A stretch of 64,000 nt of DNA from Octopus vulgaris (taxonomy: Eukaryota): NCBI GenBank assembly GCA_951406725.2, contig OX597820.1, forward strand, positions 119,164,001-119,228,000, in the 5' to 3' direction. Below the pieces are notes generated by a model that was not told the DNA's origin, made no database searches, and worked only from the letters and a program-made list of their open reading frames with translations. Both the position numbers and the translations under genes were made by a program. Shown here piece after piece: positions 25,696 to 39,830 of the stretch (position 1 is the first letter of the stretch; each line of letters starts with the position of its first letter).

Positions 25696-26002
25696 TATAT
25701 ATGCATATAATACATGTTTATATTTATATGTATGAATGTAAACTTGGCAAAAAGAAACAAATATTGAAAAACGATAGTTTGCGTTCGTGAGGAAATTGAG
25801 AAATCTAAATATATGAAAATACTGGAAATCTGATAATTGATTTTTAGAATTCAGATTAGCATCCAGGTGCATTTCTTCTGTTAATATTTCGGAAATGTTT
25901 TATTTTTTTACACATTTTCAGAAGAAGGCTTTTTGCGTAGGAACTTAAATACGTACATATCTATACACACACCATAGAAAACACCTCTCTCTCTCCCTAT
26001 CA

Positions 26003-26054
<52 letters not shown>

Positions 26055-26587
26055 ACACACACAAATACACATTTTTATATACTTATACATATACATCGTA
26101 TAGTTTTAAGTTCTTATTTATTTTTTATGTCCATGTAAATTCTTACATATACATTTATTCACACACACACACACACACATGCACATACGTGCGCGCGCAA
26201 GCCCTTCAATAAACACAATATATTTCGAATATAAATCCTTTTGCTATCCTGATCAGTCAAAATGTTTTTCTTTTCTCATATAAACATTGTATTAGTCGCG
26301 TATAACTGAGTTTGTAGAAAGTTCGCAACTAAGCTCCAATTAATGATAAATATAAATCAAATTGGAAAAAGATTTCAATCTACATACTGTTAAAATCTGA
26401 AATTTAAATAACATTTCATCGTACCTCTGTGATTTTTGAGCATGAACGTAATTTACTGTGAAAATGAACAAAAAATTCGTGAGCAATTGAGTTAAGAAAG
26501 ATATTTACAGAGGTAAATTTATAACACGAGATAATCTATGTACGGTGAAATAATGTCGCTTATATCAATTAATCTCTCTAAATTTCG

Positions 26588-26726
26588 TTTTTGGATTTGG
26601 TTTGCAAGATTCTTTATATGAGTTCGTGTGTAGAAGCATATTCTGTTGTGTCTGGGGAGAGTCATTCTCTTTTTGTGCCTTATAATTTAACACAATCACC
26701 GGTAAAATTTCCACTTATTTCTTATT
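26588..26726 (+). mobile_element. family H interspersed repeat (another partial copy at 27262-27390)
   Basis: TTTTGGATTTGGTTTGCAAGATTC...CACCGGTAAAATTTCC is shared with 9092-9282. Confidence 0.75.
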
Positions 26727-26805
26727 GCCAGTTATGGCAATTCGACGATGACTTAAATGGCCGAAACTGCGAAGTCACTGTCAACGATACTCTTCCATAA
26801 GAATT

Positions 26806-26843
<38 letters not shown>

Positions 26844-26844
<1 letters not shown>

Positions 26845-27240
26845 CTCTTTTCACTTGTTTCAGTCATTTGACTGCGGCCATGCTGGAGCACCGCCTTTAG
26901 TCGAGCAAATCGACCCCGAGACTTATTCTTTGTAAGCCCAGTACTTATTCTATCGGTCACTTTTGCCGAACCGCTAAGTGACGGGGACGTAAACACACCA
27001 GCATCGGTTGTCGAGCAATGCTAGGGGGACAAACACAGACACACAAACACACACACACATACATGTATATATATATATACATATATACGACAGGCTTCTT
27101 TCAGTTTCCGTCTACCAAATCCACTCACAAGGCATTGGTCGGCCCGGGGCTATAGCAGAATACACTTGCCCAAGATGCCACGCAGTGGGACTGAACCCGG
27201 AACCATGTGGTTGGTTAGCAAGTTACTTACCACATAGCCT
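26844..27240 (-). mobile_element. SINE family A
   Basis: Match to the family unit. Confidence 0.92.
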
Positions 27241-27611
27241 ATACACACATATATATATATACTGTTGTGTCTGGGGAGAGTCATTTTCTTTTTGTGCCTT
27301 ATGTAACATACTCACCGGTAAAATTTCCACGTTTTTCTTATTTTTATTGTCCCAAAAATTTTCGTTGCGTCTTGCAACCTTTTCAATAGTTTTGACTCTC
27401 TAAATTTATTTTCTGTTTGCCTGCAAACGTCCGCATCATAATTTTATAAGTATCTTCTGTGAGTGTCCATGTGTCTATCGCTTTTATATTTCTACACATA
27501 TTTACACGTATGTAAGGTTAAACACTTGTGCACGTGTACAGAGAATTATAGCATACATACACTATCACTCACACATATGGGCTTTAAATTCCTGATCTTT
27601 GTTCGTGATAT

Positions 27612-28005
27612 ATTTCTTTATTGCCCACAAGGGGCTAAACATAGAGGGGACAAACAAGGACAGACAAACGGATTAACTCTATTATATCGACCCCAGTGCG
27701 AAACTGGTACTTTATTTATCGACCCCGAAAGGATGAAAGGCAAAATCGACCTCGGCAGAATTTGAACTCAGATCGTATCGGCAGACGAAATACCTATTTC
27801 TTTATTACCCACAAGGGGCTAAACATAGAGGGGATGAACAAGGACAGACATAGGTATTAAGTCGATTACATCGACCCCAGTGCGTAACTGGTACTTAATT
27901 TATCGACCCCGAAAGGATGAAAGGCAAAGTCGACCTCGGCAGAATTTGAACTCAGATCGTATCAGCAGATGAAATACCGCAAAGCATTTCTGCCAGCTCG
28001 CCGCC
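27612..28005 (-). mobile_element. SINE family C with tandemly duplicated 3' unit (about 185 bp)
   Basis: TTTCTTTATT[G/A]CCCACAAGGGG at 27612 and 27797; a single head at 28005. Confidence 0.88.
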
Positions 28006-28747
28006 TTTGATCTTTGTACGTGACAGTGGCTCTTAACGAAACTGTGCGTTTCGCCTGTATGCTCAAATATTGGTATCAAATCTTCTTCAGAAAATATGAG
28101 ATGTGGCCTCATTTTGCTTCTTTTAATGTACTTGACTTGTACTTGACTTACCAAAGCACTTCGCTCCTTAATGAACCTCGGCCATCTACGACCTTTCTTC
28201 ACCCTTCTCTACTCTGTCTGTTTCTGTCCCAGACTGTTGGTTTTGAATTGCTATCGATTCATCTGTCACGAAGCTTTCCTTGTATTAGGGCTGTTGGGCT
28301 TACACAAAAACATTATTACTTCAGAGTAGTGGTCCTTATTAAACTGACCTGTAGCTTTCAAGCATGGGATGCCCTACTGGGACCTTGTACTTCGCTGACA
28401 CTGTGGCATATAAGGCACCACACTGCAACAAGGATCATGTTGTGGGTTACACACGTAGTTTGACCCCAAATTTTATTAGCTTTCACTAATAAAATAAGTC
28501 CAAGTGACCGGATATAAAGCTTATTTCCGCCACAACTGGTTGGGGATATAAACACCAAACATGATTCGAGCCTTTAGCTAATGCGTTTGAGAGAAAAATT
28601 GCTTTCTGTAAAATTCTAAAGATTAATTGGATTCAAACATCTTGTCTTCTAACCCTAAACAGAGTAAATCATTCATATATATGGAAAAAAATCAGCAGCA
28701 GGAAAAATGTTAAGAGAAACACTCCATTATAAACCCACGCGCATACA

Positions 28748-28794
<47 letters not shown>

Positions 28795-30006
28795 CATATA
28801 CATATGTGTGCATGTGTATGTGGCATGTATTTGTAAGTAATGAATGTGTATAGGTGTGGGGAAAGCGATACAGAGACCTTCTGTATATCTTACTGGACAC
28901 CTTATTTGCATTTGGATGAATCTAGATGTGCCATTGTGTTTCTGCATGTGTGAATACATGTGTGTGTGTGTGTGTGTGCGTGCGCGGACATGCGTTTTGA
29001 GTTATATCAAGCTATCGGAAATTAAACTATAGAGTTAGGTTGATGTTTGCTCACCGCAATGTTTTCTGTAGAAGTATGGTGGAATGACAAGAAACTGATC
29101 AAGTGCTTATCGTTTCCTGGTGTGTATAACTTCATATCTTTGATAAAATACTGTAGGTGTATTACTGCCTCAGAAAACCGATGACAAATACAACGACACA
29201 AGTTAATGTGTGGATTATAAATAATTGAAAAATATAACTACAAAAATGGTTGTATTTCAAAATTCTCTTCCTATTATACTCGATGTCTGGAAGTTAGAAT
29301 CGTATCTTAATATTATTCATTGTATATATATTAATTTTTACATTTGTAGAAAAAACACTTTACATATTAAATTCAAGTAGAGATATGCAAATTATGGAAT
29401 ATATTTTAATATAGTTTTAATCTATTACATTCTGTAAAAAAATTTAATTTATTATTTCTAAATTTATTTACAATGTCACTGAAATTTAAATTCATGTTTT
29501 TAGTAAAAAAGAAATCTCAAGTATTTTCCTTTGTAAATTTATTAATTCTATAAGAATATATGGAAATGTCACTTGAAGAATTAAAAAAAAAATTCCAAGG
29601 ATGTTTTGTTGTCACGTGCTTAATACGTTTGCTTCCTGTCAATGTCTTCCTTGCTAGATCAGGCAACGGGGCGCCATCTGCAATCAAACATGTGTTAGTG
29701 AAATATGATTCGTGAAACATGTAAGCTAACCTCCTGAAAATGCATGTATACATATATATATGTATGTATGTATGTATGTAAATAAAGAAAAGAAGGTGGT
29801 TAGCATTTTAATAAAAAGTACTTAATTAGCGTTTTCACCGCTTTTAGGGATTCGTAAAGGATCCCTAAGGAGATGATAGCGCTCAAGAAATGGTTTTTAT
29901 GCAAATTCTGACTAATTTCTTTTTACTGACTATATAAAATCTGTACAAAACTTCAAACAATCTATACGTACATACATACATATGGCTATGTGTATATGTA
30001 TAACTG

Positions 30007-30056
<50 letters not shown>

Positions 30057-30060
<4 letters not shown>

Positions 30061-30213
30061 CGTGATCACCGTGACCGCCAAGGCTATCAGATGTTGCTAC
30101 ACATCGCTGGTCACAATGCGCTTCGCATTGTTTTAGCCTTCTAATGACGCCACCCCGCTGGCTAAGCGAGCAGGCCAACAGAAGAAAGAGTGACAGAAAG
30201 TTGTGGCGAAAGA
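30057..30213 (-). mobile_element. 5'-truncated SINE family B1
   Basis: B1 tail abutting (TA)n. Confidence 0.88.
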
Positions 30214-31114
30214 GTTTTTTTTCTTAAATTTTCTTAAGTTTTCATTTAAGTATCACTTGTGTCTAAGGAGTAATATTCAATGTGATTCATTAATGGAGCT
30301 GAAAGTCTAATTAAATTTATTATTTACGCAAGTTGATTATCTCATAATTAATTAATCCATACCCAAGCATACTTAAGAATCACGTTTCATGGTATTAGGA
30401 CCATTTGTACACATATTGTGCCTTGCCAATATTTTGGAGCTTCAAGTCTCATCAAATCAGGACTGGCTCTCGGTCTAAAACAGATTATGGAGTTAAAATA
30501 TTTACATTGAAACTGCAAGAAACTGCAAGAATATCATGTGACCAGCACTTATGCACCAAGTCCGCTACTCGCTTAATATTGTTGAGTTTGCTTGCTACTC
30601 AGACCTAACAAGATGCCTCATTTTAAGGACCTGTATTGGATAAAACTCATTCACAGTTTGGTTTACCAGGTGTCGTTTATAGTTGGGATATATTTCCTCC
30701 TGGTCTACGTTAGGTATTCCGCAGTGTTAGTTGAGATAATAACCGATGAAGGAAACGGATTGATTTGGTTCTTGTCTTTATTGAGAACGACGACCGTTTC
30801 GACCCATCCTACAACTGTCTGCTTTGGATAGGATTTGTGCATCTAATTGTTTTGCCTCAATTTTTGCAGTTTTTATCAAATCAGATTCATACATGAAGAA
30901 GGGAATATCCCTCTAGATATACTGGGTTCAATCAGAAATGTTGTTCAGAGGGACATCCCCGTCTTTATGAATTTACCCGGTGTGACACAAGCTGCACAGA
31001 TTGATTCAACACAATTAGACACACAAAGTCCTACCCATGACGGACAGTTTCAGCTCAGAGCTGCGGCCATGCTGATGCACCGCCGTTTATACATATATAT
31101 ATACAAATTCCCAT

Positions 31115-31208
<94 letters not shown>

Positions 31209-32272
31209 TTGCACGTGTGTAAGCTTCGAGCAAGTGTGTGTGCGAACGCCATATTATATCCCGCATCGTATTCAGCTATTTATTACCTGATAAAATACTA
31301 TTGCACATTTTCTATCACATTCGACCTCTTTATACTTATTTATTTCTATTTCTCATTCTCGCGAAATAAACTTCTTTCTAACTTCCTCTCCTGCCTTTTT
31401 TTTTTCCTCTCTTTCTTTGTCTCTCTACATCAATAAATAAACCAATCTATTTCACTTTATCTCTCACAATATACTCAAATATATTTTGTTTGATACATGT
31501 CTTACTTTTGCAAATATTCTGTAATTTCCAATCTTCAACTTATTTTAGTATGTTTACTGTTCTTCTGTTCACTCCAGCCGTTCTCATTTCTTCGATATCT
31601 CTCTCCCTTTATATATAGTTCGTTCTTTCTCTAAATTTAAACTCTCACATTCTGCCTTTCTTAATCTTTTTCAATTTGTTTTTGCCTCATGTTGTATTTC
31701 AATTTCTTTTCCTACATATTACAATCATTCTATCTTTCCATCATTAAATTCTTTTAGTCTTTCTTTGTTCTTGTTTCATTAAGTTCTCGTCTCCTTTAAC
31801 TATTACACTATCCATCATTCATTGCATTTCTTTCCAGTGACCTAGCATACTTTACAGCGTGCGCCCTCCTGTAGGGCAGAACATCAATAAGCTTTTAATG
31901 TTCGCAGTGATAACATTAGCCAGAATTTATGGTAAATCACCGCCATTCCTAAATGCAGCTTCTCAGACAAGGCAAGTGCAGTTTTTCACTGATGCAGTGT
32001 TTTTATTACTTAGCGAGAGCAGTCACTTATATTGTCTATAGGTGGTGAGATTTAGCTTGATATCATATAGCCGCTGCTTAGGAAGAAACAGGTTGTTATA
32101 CATACGCAAACAGGCAAATGGACGGATTGACGTACACACATACATACGTATCATTAAGTGAACAATGCTTCCGTTTTTCGTATTCCTTTCCTCTCTTTCT
32201 TTCTTTGTGTCCATATATACATATAGGTACTTATATGTATATATGTATGTATCCACACATACACACACAGAC

Positions 32273-32329
<57 letters not shown>

Positions 32330-32374
32330 CAAAATACATATATACATATAAGTACTATAAGTAGACATGTATCA

Positions 32375-32420
<46 letters not shown>

Positions 32421-32430
32421 CCTATATATA

Positions 32431-32489
<59 letters not shown>

Positions 32490-32594
32490 ATATATATACT
32501 AAAATAAGTTGAAGATTGGAAATTACAGAATATTTGCAAAAGTAAGACATGTACCAAACAAAATATATTTGAGTATATTGTGAGAGATAAAGTG

Positions 32595-32634
<40 letters not shown>

Positions 32635-33294
32635 AATATATATGATTGTGCATGTGTGCGTTTGTGTGTGTAATATAAAAGAATATCCATATGTAGAGGA
32701 TTGTTCAGGTTAGTATCTTTAAATTATTTCAAACTATGCATTGTGAATCTAAATGTGTCCTGCGCTGAGAAAGTTCTAATTATGATACTGCAGAGGTTAT
32801 CAATTATGCTCCTATCGCTGTTGTAGAGGTCCATACGTACAAAAAAGCTCCTGTCTGTTTGATAATTCTTTTCTCAGGGTCTCTGCTATCACGATTTTCG
32901 TTAAACATTTTTTGACCAAAATAGAAAATAAAAATGTCTTTCGAAGTCCGAAAGTTTAAAGAGATTTCACAGGATAAATGACAGGATGCCTGGCATCAAA
33001 GAACTGTTTGCAACATTGAAGTTTCTGAATAATTATAGCCGATGGTATGAGGTATTTGCCAAAAGTTTGCATAATATGGTGCAGACATGAGTGTGTCCAT
33101 AAGAAGATTGTTTTAGAAAACCGCAATTTCGAGTTCAGTTCCATTGCGCGCGGCACTGCGGGCGCGTGTCTCTGCATGCTATAGTCCCGCACAGGAGACC
33201 AATACATTGTGAATAAATGTGGTGTAAAAACTCCATCATTTAGAACAAGTTTTCAACATCGGGTTAACACCGACACCTAGCAAGGTCAAGCTAC

Positions 33295-33337
33295 TCCAGA
33301 CTGATGAAGAGCAACAACCATGAAACTAGTCTCTGGA
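33295..33337 (+). ncRNA. minimal type I hammerhead ribozyme motif (Penelope-type)
   Basis: TCCAGA-CTGATGA-agagcaacaaccat-GAAA-CTA-GTC-TCTGGA: perfect 6-bp stem I, intact core, GUC cleavage triplet and palindromic ACTAGT stem III. Stem II is weak. Confidence 0.65.
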
Positions 33338-33669
33338 TGCTGGCTTTGTTGGGTAGAGGTGCTTATCTCCCCTGTTTGAACTCAAGGCCACAGAACGGTT
33401 GTGTCACGTAGCCATCTAGAAACTGTGGTTCTTGGGGCGAAATAGCCACCACTTTATTCAGAAAATTATTAATCAGGGAAGATAATTTTGCGCAGAAAGG
33501 TTTATTATCCGTTGTTTCTTATGCTATATCAGCTAAATAGAGTCACTTTTTGGATCTAAACTTGGACTGTGTGGATTATGAGAAGTTTGGGGGGAAATTA
33601 CTAAAACAAACAAAAAAGTAATAAATATCGCTCAAGTGTTATATGTATGGGGCTATGTATGTATGGGGA

Positions 33670-33982
33670 TCAAACAAGGTGACAGACCAAACGGCTATTA
33701 AGTCGATTGCTACACATCCCAGCTGCGTCACACTGGTACTTAATTTATGGCCCCGAAATGACGCCACCCCGCTGGCTAAGCGAGCAGGCCAACGGAAGGA
33801 AGAGTGAGAGAAAGTTGTGGCAAAAGAGTACAGCAGGGATCGCCACCATCACCTGCCGGAGCCTTGTTGAGGTTTAGGTGTTCTTCCTCAATAAATACTC
33901 ACAACGCCCGGTCTGGGAATCGAAACCGCGATCCTACGACTGCGAGTCCGCTGCCCTAACCACTGGGCCATTGCGACTCCAC
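33670..33982 (-). mobile_element. SINE family B1 head/body joined to a mosaic family C/B1 segment
   Basis: 33756-33982 is B1; 33670-33755 interleaves C and B1 words. Confidence 0.75.
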
Positions 33983-34039
33983 ATGTGTGCGTGTAAGTAT
34001 GTATATATGTGTACATGCCTGTATGTACGCATACATATA

Positions 34040-34224
34040 TGAATGTATGCATGTATGTATGTATGTATGTATGTATGTATGTATGTATGTATGTATGTAT
34101 GTATGTATGTATGTATGTATGTATGTATGTGTTATGTATGTATGTATGTATGTATGTATGTATGTATGTATGTGTGTATGTATGTACTGTATGTATGTCT
34201 GTCTGTATGTATGTGTGTATGTAG

Positions 34225-34255
<31 letters not shown>

Positions 34256-34525
34256 TGTATGTATGTATGTATGTATGTATGTATGTATGTATGTATGTAT
34301 GTATGTATGTATGTGTGTGTGTATGTATGTATGAATGTATGTATGTATGTATGTATGTATGTGTATGTATGTATGTATGTATGTATGTATGTATGTATGT
34401 ATGTATGTATGTATGTATGTATGTATGTATGTATGTATGTGTGTATGTATGCATGTATGTATGTATGTATGTATGTATGTGTGTATGTGTGCATACATGT
34501 ATGCACGCAAACATGTATGTATGTG
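34040..34525. repeat. (TATG)n microsatellite
   Basis: Directly visible. Confidence 0.98.
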
Positions 34526-35059
34526 TCATTTTTTTTTAATATTTCACAACAAAAATAAAATAAGTCCAAATATTAAAAAAAATATAAGAAACTATTTGTG
34601 ACTCTCACGTAAATACAGCGGACACTAAAAGTGTTTCGAAATTTAATTACAAAAATAAAAAAGAAAGTATAATTGACGCAAACTGTTGCAGTGTCCCAAC
34701 ACTTTCATAAGTCTGCCTTCGGTACTTCTGTTCATGGAAAACAACTGCAAATGTAGTAACAGCAATAACAACAACAACATCAACAATTTAATTGTTTCAA
34801 ATTTTGACACAAGGTAATCATTTTAAGGAATGGGTTGTAATCGATTACATCGACTCCAATACATGATTGGTATTTTATTTTGTCTACTCCGAAAAATGGA
34901 AGGCAAAGTTTACCTTGGCCGGTGGGATTTGGTCTCAGAGAGTAAAATCTTGAGAGAAGTGCCGCTTAACATTTATTGAAAACTTCCATGATTCTGCGAG
35001 TTCGCCGCCCCGGCGTTAATAAGATCAATAACTTACGTAGGCAAAATTATGCACAATCT

Positions 35060-35450
35060 GGGATGGAAGCACTCCGTTGGTTACGACGACGAGGGTTCCG
35101 GTTGATCTGAATCAACGGAACAGCCTGCTCGTGAAATTAACGTGTAAGTGGCTGAGCACTCCACAGACACGTGTACCCTTAACGTAGTTCTCGGGGATAT
35201 TCAGCGTGACACAGAGAGTGACAAGGCCGGCCCTTTGAAATACAGGTACAACAGAAACAGGAAGTAAGAGTGAGAGAAAGTTGTGGTGAAAGAGTACAGC
35301 AGGGATCACCACCATCCTCTGCCGGAACCTCGTGGAGCTTTAGGTGTTTTCGCTCAATAAACACTCACAACGCCCGGTCTGGGAATCGAAACCGCGATCC
35401 TACGACCGCGAGTCCGATGCCCTAACCACTGGGCCATTGTGCCTCCACCA
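35060..35450 (-). mobile_element. SINE family B2
   Basis: Full-length; TSD ATGCACAATCT (35049-35059 / 35451-35461). Confidence 0.95.
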
Positions 35451-37272
35451 ATGCACAATCTACCAAGTCCACAAAAGAATTGTTACTAAACAAGCAATTG
35501 GTAAGGAACACTAATTAAGGCAGAAAAGCCAGCAATTTTGAGGGGAGGGGTATAGTTGATTGCATCACCCTCAGAATTTGACTGGTGTTTATTCTGTCGA
35601 CGCGCGTAAACAAATGGAAAAATCAACGATAGTTGGATCGGAACTCAGAATGTAGCGGCTTGGCGGGAAATAGCAGAAAAATTTTCCTGCCCTCTACCGA
35701 CGGTAGCTGAACGATAAACAACAAAGAAATCAGTGTAAATAAATTAAAGAAATTGTTGGCGGTGACATGATGTGAACAGATAAGATAAAAGAGACTTTGA
35801 AAGACGGAATATTTTGTTTTTCAATCTAGAAAATGTATAGGAAGAGGAAAGGAAACTCGTACGCGTATCTCATTAAGAAAAATATACACAAATAAAGCGA
35901 AACCTACTAATAGTAAAAAAATCGATGTCTTGAACATCCTTCTCAATTTTTGAATGCTTTTCTTGTACATTTACTTATATATCGTTGTCTTCTCAGCATT
36001 ACTCTTACAATAACTTCCCGTGTAATAAACAAAAATGAATGTGGTATTAGACACGGATTTACTTTGAAGACGAAACCGAACGCAACAGGAAACATGCACG
36101 CTGCACTATAAAGTATAATAAAGAACAACAAATTAGAAAAAAAAATACATGAATGAGTTAATGTACATGATTTGCTGTCATAGAAGCAAAACAGGAAATA
36201 AGAAACGGTAACGGAAAAACAGAGTGGAAACAGTAGCACCAATTTGGTAAAAGACAACAGACAACAAAATAACAGAACATCTCATATTCTTCTTATAAAG
36301 CGAATGAGATAATTTGAGTTATTTTTAGAACTGATGCTGTTATTATTGCTGCCATTTAATTAACCGTTTGAAATTATTCAGGCACTAATAATCATATAAT
36401 TATTGAATTAAATTTTAATTGCAGTATTATCGACTAGTGGTCTCCACTTCCCCTGTAGGTAGTGAACTACCTTAGCATAATGCAATTTTATGACTAAAAT
36501 ACGGTGTTTGTTAAATAACAGACAAAGCTTTGTAAAACTCGCTGAATTTGGTAAACTTTTGTAGCTACTGGCAGACAGGTTAAGAGTTCGTATCCTGCTA
36601 TTAAAACTAGAAAACACTGGAAAATATGATAAATGTACTGTAAAAGCAGAAATACTTGTTTAAACACAAATACAAAGGTTTTCGAAGCAGTGATTACTGT
36701 TCAGTTAAGTGTGTCAACCAAGCTAAACAGACTGTAGAAGAATAAGAATAATTTGTTGCTGGATGGCCTTTTTATTAACTAAACCAAAAGAAAAGAAAAT
36801 ACGCATTCTAATTTAGGTACAGTGTAATATATATATATATGTATATATATAAGGTTGTGAAGATTTCAGAACATTTATAAATGAACTAAAATCTTCACAG
36901 CCTTGTTTTTTTTTTATCTCATTCTGAAGAAAAAAAATGTATATATACACATGCTGATATATGACCTACGTTGGACTCCATATTCACATAATCACCGAAG
37001 CTGGAGCTTAACTATGGTCTAACCATAGCACTTACTCAGCATTACCTGACACCTTTGGCTATTATTGACACTATTACGTCTCATAACCTCTCTCCCCTTC
37101 TCTCTCTCCCCTCCTCTCTCTCTCTCTTTATATATATATGAAAGAAGGTTTGAAAATTCAATTTTGAAAGATGTTTATTTACTTGACCGGTTTCACTTTT
37201 TTAGAAAAAGATTGTCAACAGTAACATGTAGAAGCTTGGTGTGTTAGGTACTGGTTGTCACAAATTATTACA

Positions 37273-37312
<40 letters not shown>

Positions 37313-37754
37313 TCTTTGATAATAAGAACATGTTAAGAACAGTTTACAAGGGATAATATTGGGAAAAGCTAAAAAGTTTAACAAGTTCATTAAAATACTG
37401 GGCACAAAAGATTACAATATATATATACATTCTTAAGAAAATGTTAAAGACAGTTTCCAGAAAGAATTATTGAAAAGTTCAGAGGAATATTGGTATTGTA
37501 TCTGTATATATATACACAGAAAATTATAAGGTTCAAAAAGGTTACATTTTAGTAGTAGGTTAGTTTTAACTGACCTGATTCAGCATATTATCGTAAAAGA
37601 CTATTTCTTATTTCAAGGGACAGTGTAGGTGTGTTTGGGTGGGGAGAAGGAAGAGTAATGTGGAATTGAAAAGAAGTTTTTGTTTCTCTTTCAAGTATCA
37701 ATGATTTGGGGGATTGGTCTGTAGAGGTCAGAATGGTATGAGTGTGTGTGTCTT

Positions 37755-37805
<51 letters not shown>

Positions 37806-38079
37806 GTGTTTGTGTTTGTGTGTGTGGGCCGTTTTTGCTTGGTCACAGGGTTTTACACCACAACAAACCCTTTCAATTCGAAAGCGTATATTGTTGTTAA
37901 ATGCTCGAAATACGAGACTAGATTAACAGCCACCAACTGATGAAGGGTCGTTATTTATGTGATTTGTTTAGTTTTCCATTTTTGTCTTTCGTTCTTCGAA
38001 AGAATAGTTCATGTTCCATGTACTCGTGCTTCGTATTCTTTTTTGTTGTACACGTTTCGTGACAGCCTGTACCCACACA

Positions 38080-38139
<60 letters not shown>

Positions 38140-38189
38140 TATAGATGCAAGCATGTACATATACGTATGTATATATGCATATATATACA

Positions 38190-38229
<40 letters not shown>

Positions 38230-38273
38230 ATATTATTATATAATTGAACGTCATGCATCCTCTTCCAAGTAAG

Positions 38274-38370
<97 letters not shown>

Positions 38371-39169
38371 GGTGTGTGTGTGGGTTGCATGTCCTTTTCG
38401 ACGTATGAGGGGCTACCAGCATGCTTTGTTTTGTTTCAGTTCTCATCTTTATGAATATTATAAAGCTTTAATGCAGTCAACGTTTCACAGGCGAGTCGAT
38501 AGACTGCAACTAAAAAAAAACAAAAACAGAACGTTATATAAAGTGACTGATATCTCAGTTTACGGCTTTGTTTTTGCTCCGATGACTTCATACCAAGTTA
38601 GCCTCAATTCGTTGCGTTTCAATACAGTTTTTGCAAAGGACTGAGTGGGAATCTTTGTCGCTCTCAGGTTAGGTTCGTGTTTATCGCTGTACTTCATTTT
38701 TTATCTTTTTTTTTTCTGCTTTCATCTCGGAACTTGTTATACAACGAGTTCTTTTCGAATGCTGTTGTCATTCATTTGGCTGACATGACTAATCCATTTT
38801 ACTGGAATTGCAAAAGAGGAGATTCAGTACTAACAATTATACATAGATGTGTGTGTGCGTGTGTGTGTGTATGTATGCACGTATGTATGTATTTTTGTAT
38901 ATATCATTTATGTATACAGTATATACACACACATCCATAGATACACGACGCCAACTCAACCACATATTTACAAACATTAAGAACTCTCTTAACTCAAAGT
39001 CTTGTCGCTTTGTTAGCAACCTGTTTGACCTCACTCAAGAACTTAAATAAAACCTAAAGAAACACACACACGCGTGCGTGCGCGCACACATACACACACA
39101 CAAACACACACACACACACACACAAACACACATATATACACACAAACATATGTATCCTCCTCCTTTAGG

Positions 39170-39505
39170 GCACTCCGTCGGTTACGACGACGAGGGTTCC
39201 ATTTGATCCAATCAACGGAGCAGCCTGCTCGTGAGATTAACGTGCAAGTGGCTGAGCACTCCACAGACACGCGTAACCTTAACCTAATACTCGGGGAGAT
39301 TCAGCGTGCCACTGGGGGTGACAAGGCCGACCCCTTTGAAATACAGGTACAACAGAAACAGAAAGTTATAGTGAGAGAAAGGTGTGGTGAAAGAGTACAG
39401 CAGGGTTTACGACAACCCCCTGCCGGAGCTTCGTGGAGTTTTAAGTGTTTTTGCTCAATAAACATTCACAAAACCCGAAATCGAAATCGCGATCCCACAT
39501 CCGTG
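39170..39505 (-). mobile_element. older SINE family B2
   Basis: Colinear with B2, diverged, head eroded. Confidence 0.85.
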
Positions 39506-39529
39506 AGTCTTTTTCCGTCTGTCTGTCTG

Positions 39530-39574
<45 letters not shown>

Positions 39575-39795
39575 ATATATATATTTATATATTTTATCTT
39601 TTACTGGTTCTCGTCATTGAACTGCGGCCAAGCTGGAATGCCACCTTCGAGGGATTTAGTAACTGAAAGAATCGCCCCAGTATTTATTTCTTTAAAACTT
39701 GGTATTCAATCAATCGATCCCTTTTGGCGAATTGCTAAGTTGTTTGAACGCAAGCAAACCAATGCTGACTGTCGAGTGGTAGGGACTAACTATAT

Positions 39796-39830
<35 letters not shown>

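Noticed and set aside
28130-28450. Possible RTE-like 3' end with a CAAGT-type tail on minus
   Set aside because: Too degenerate to support from translation alone.
33888-34601. HTYI/MYVC-repeat ORFs here and YIYI/VCVC ORFs throughout the window
   Set aside because: Translations of (TATG)n, (TA)n and (CA)n microsatellites.
37865-37950. GAAA...CTGATGA-AGGG possible permuted hammerhead
   Set aside because: Core words are present but the stems do not close properly; at best a decayed relic.
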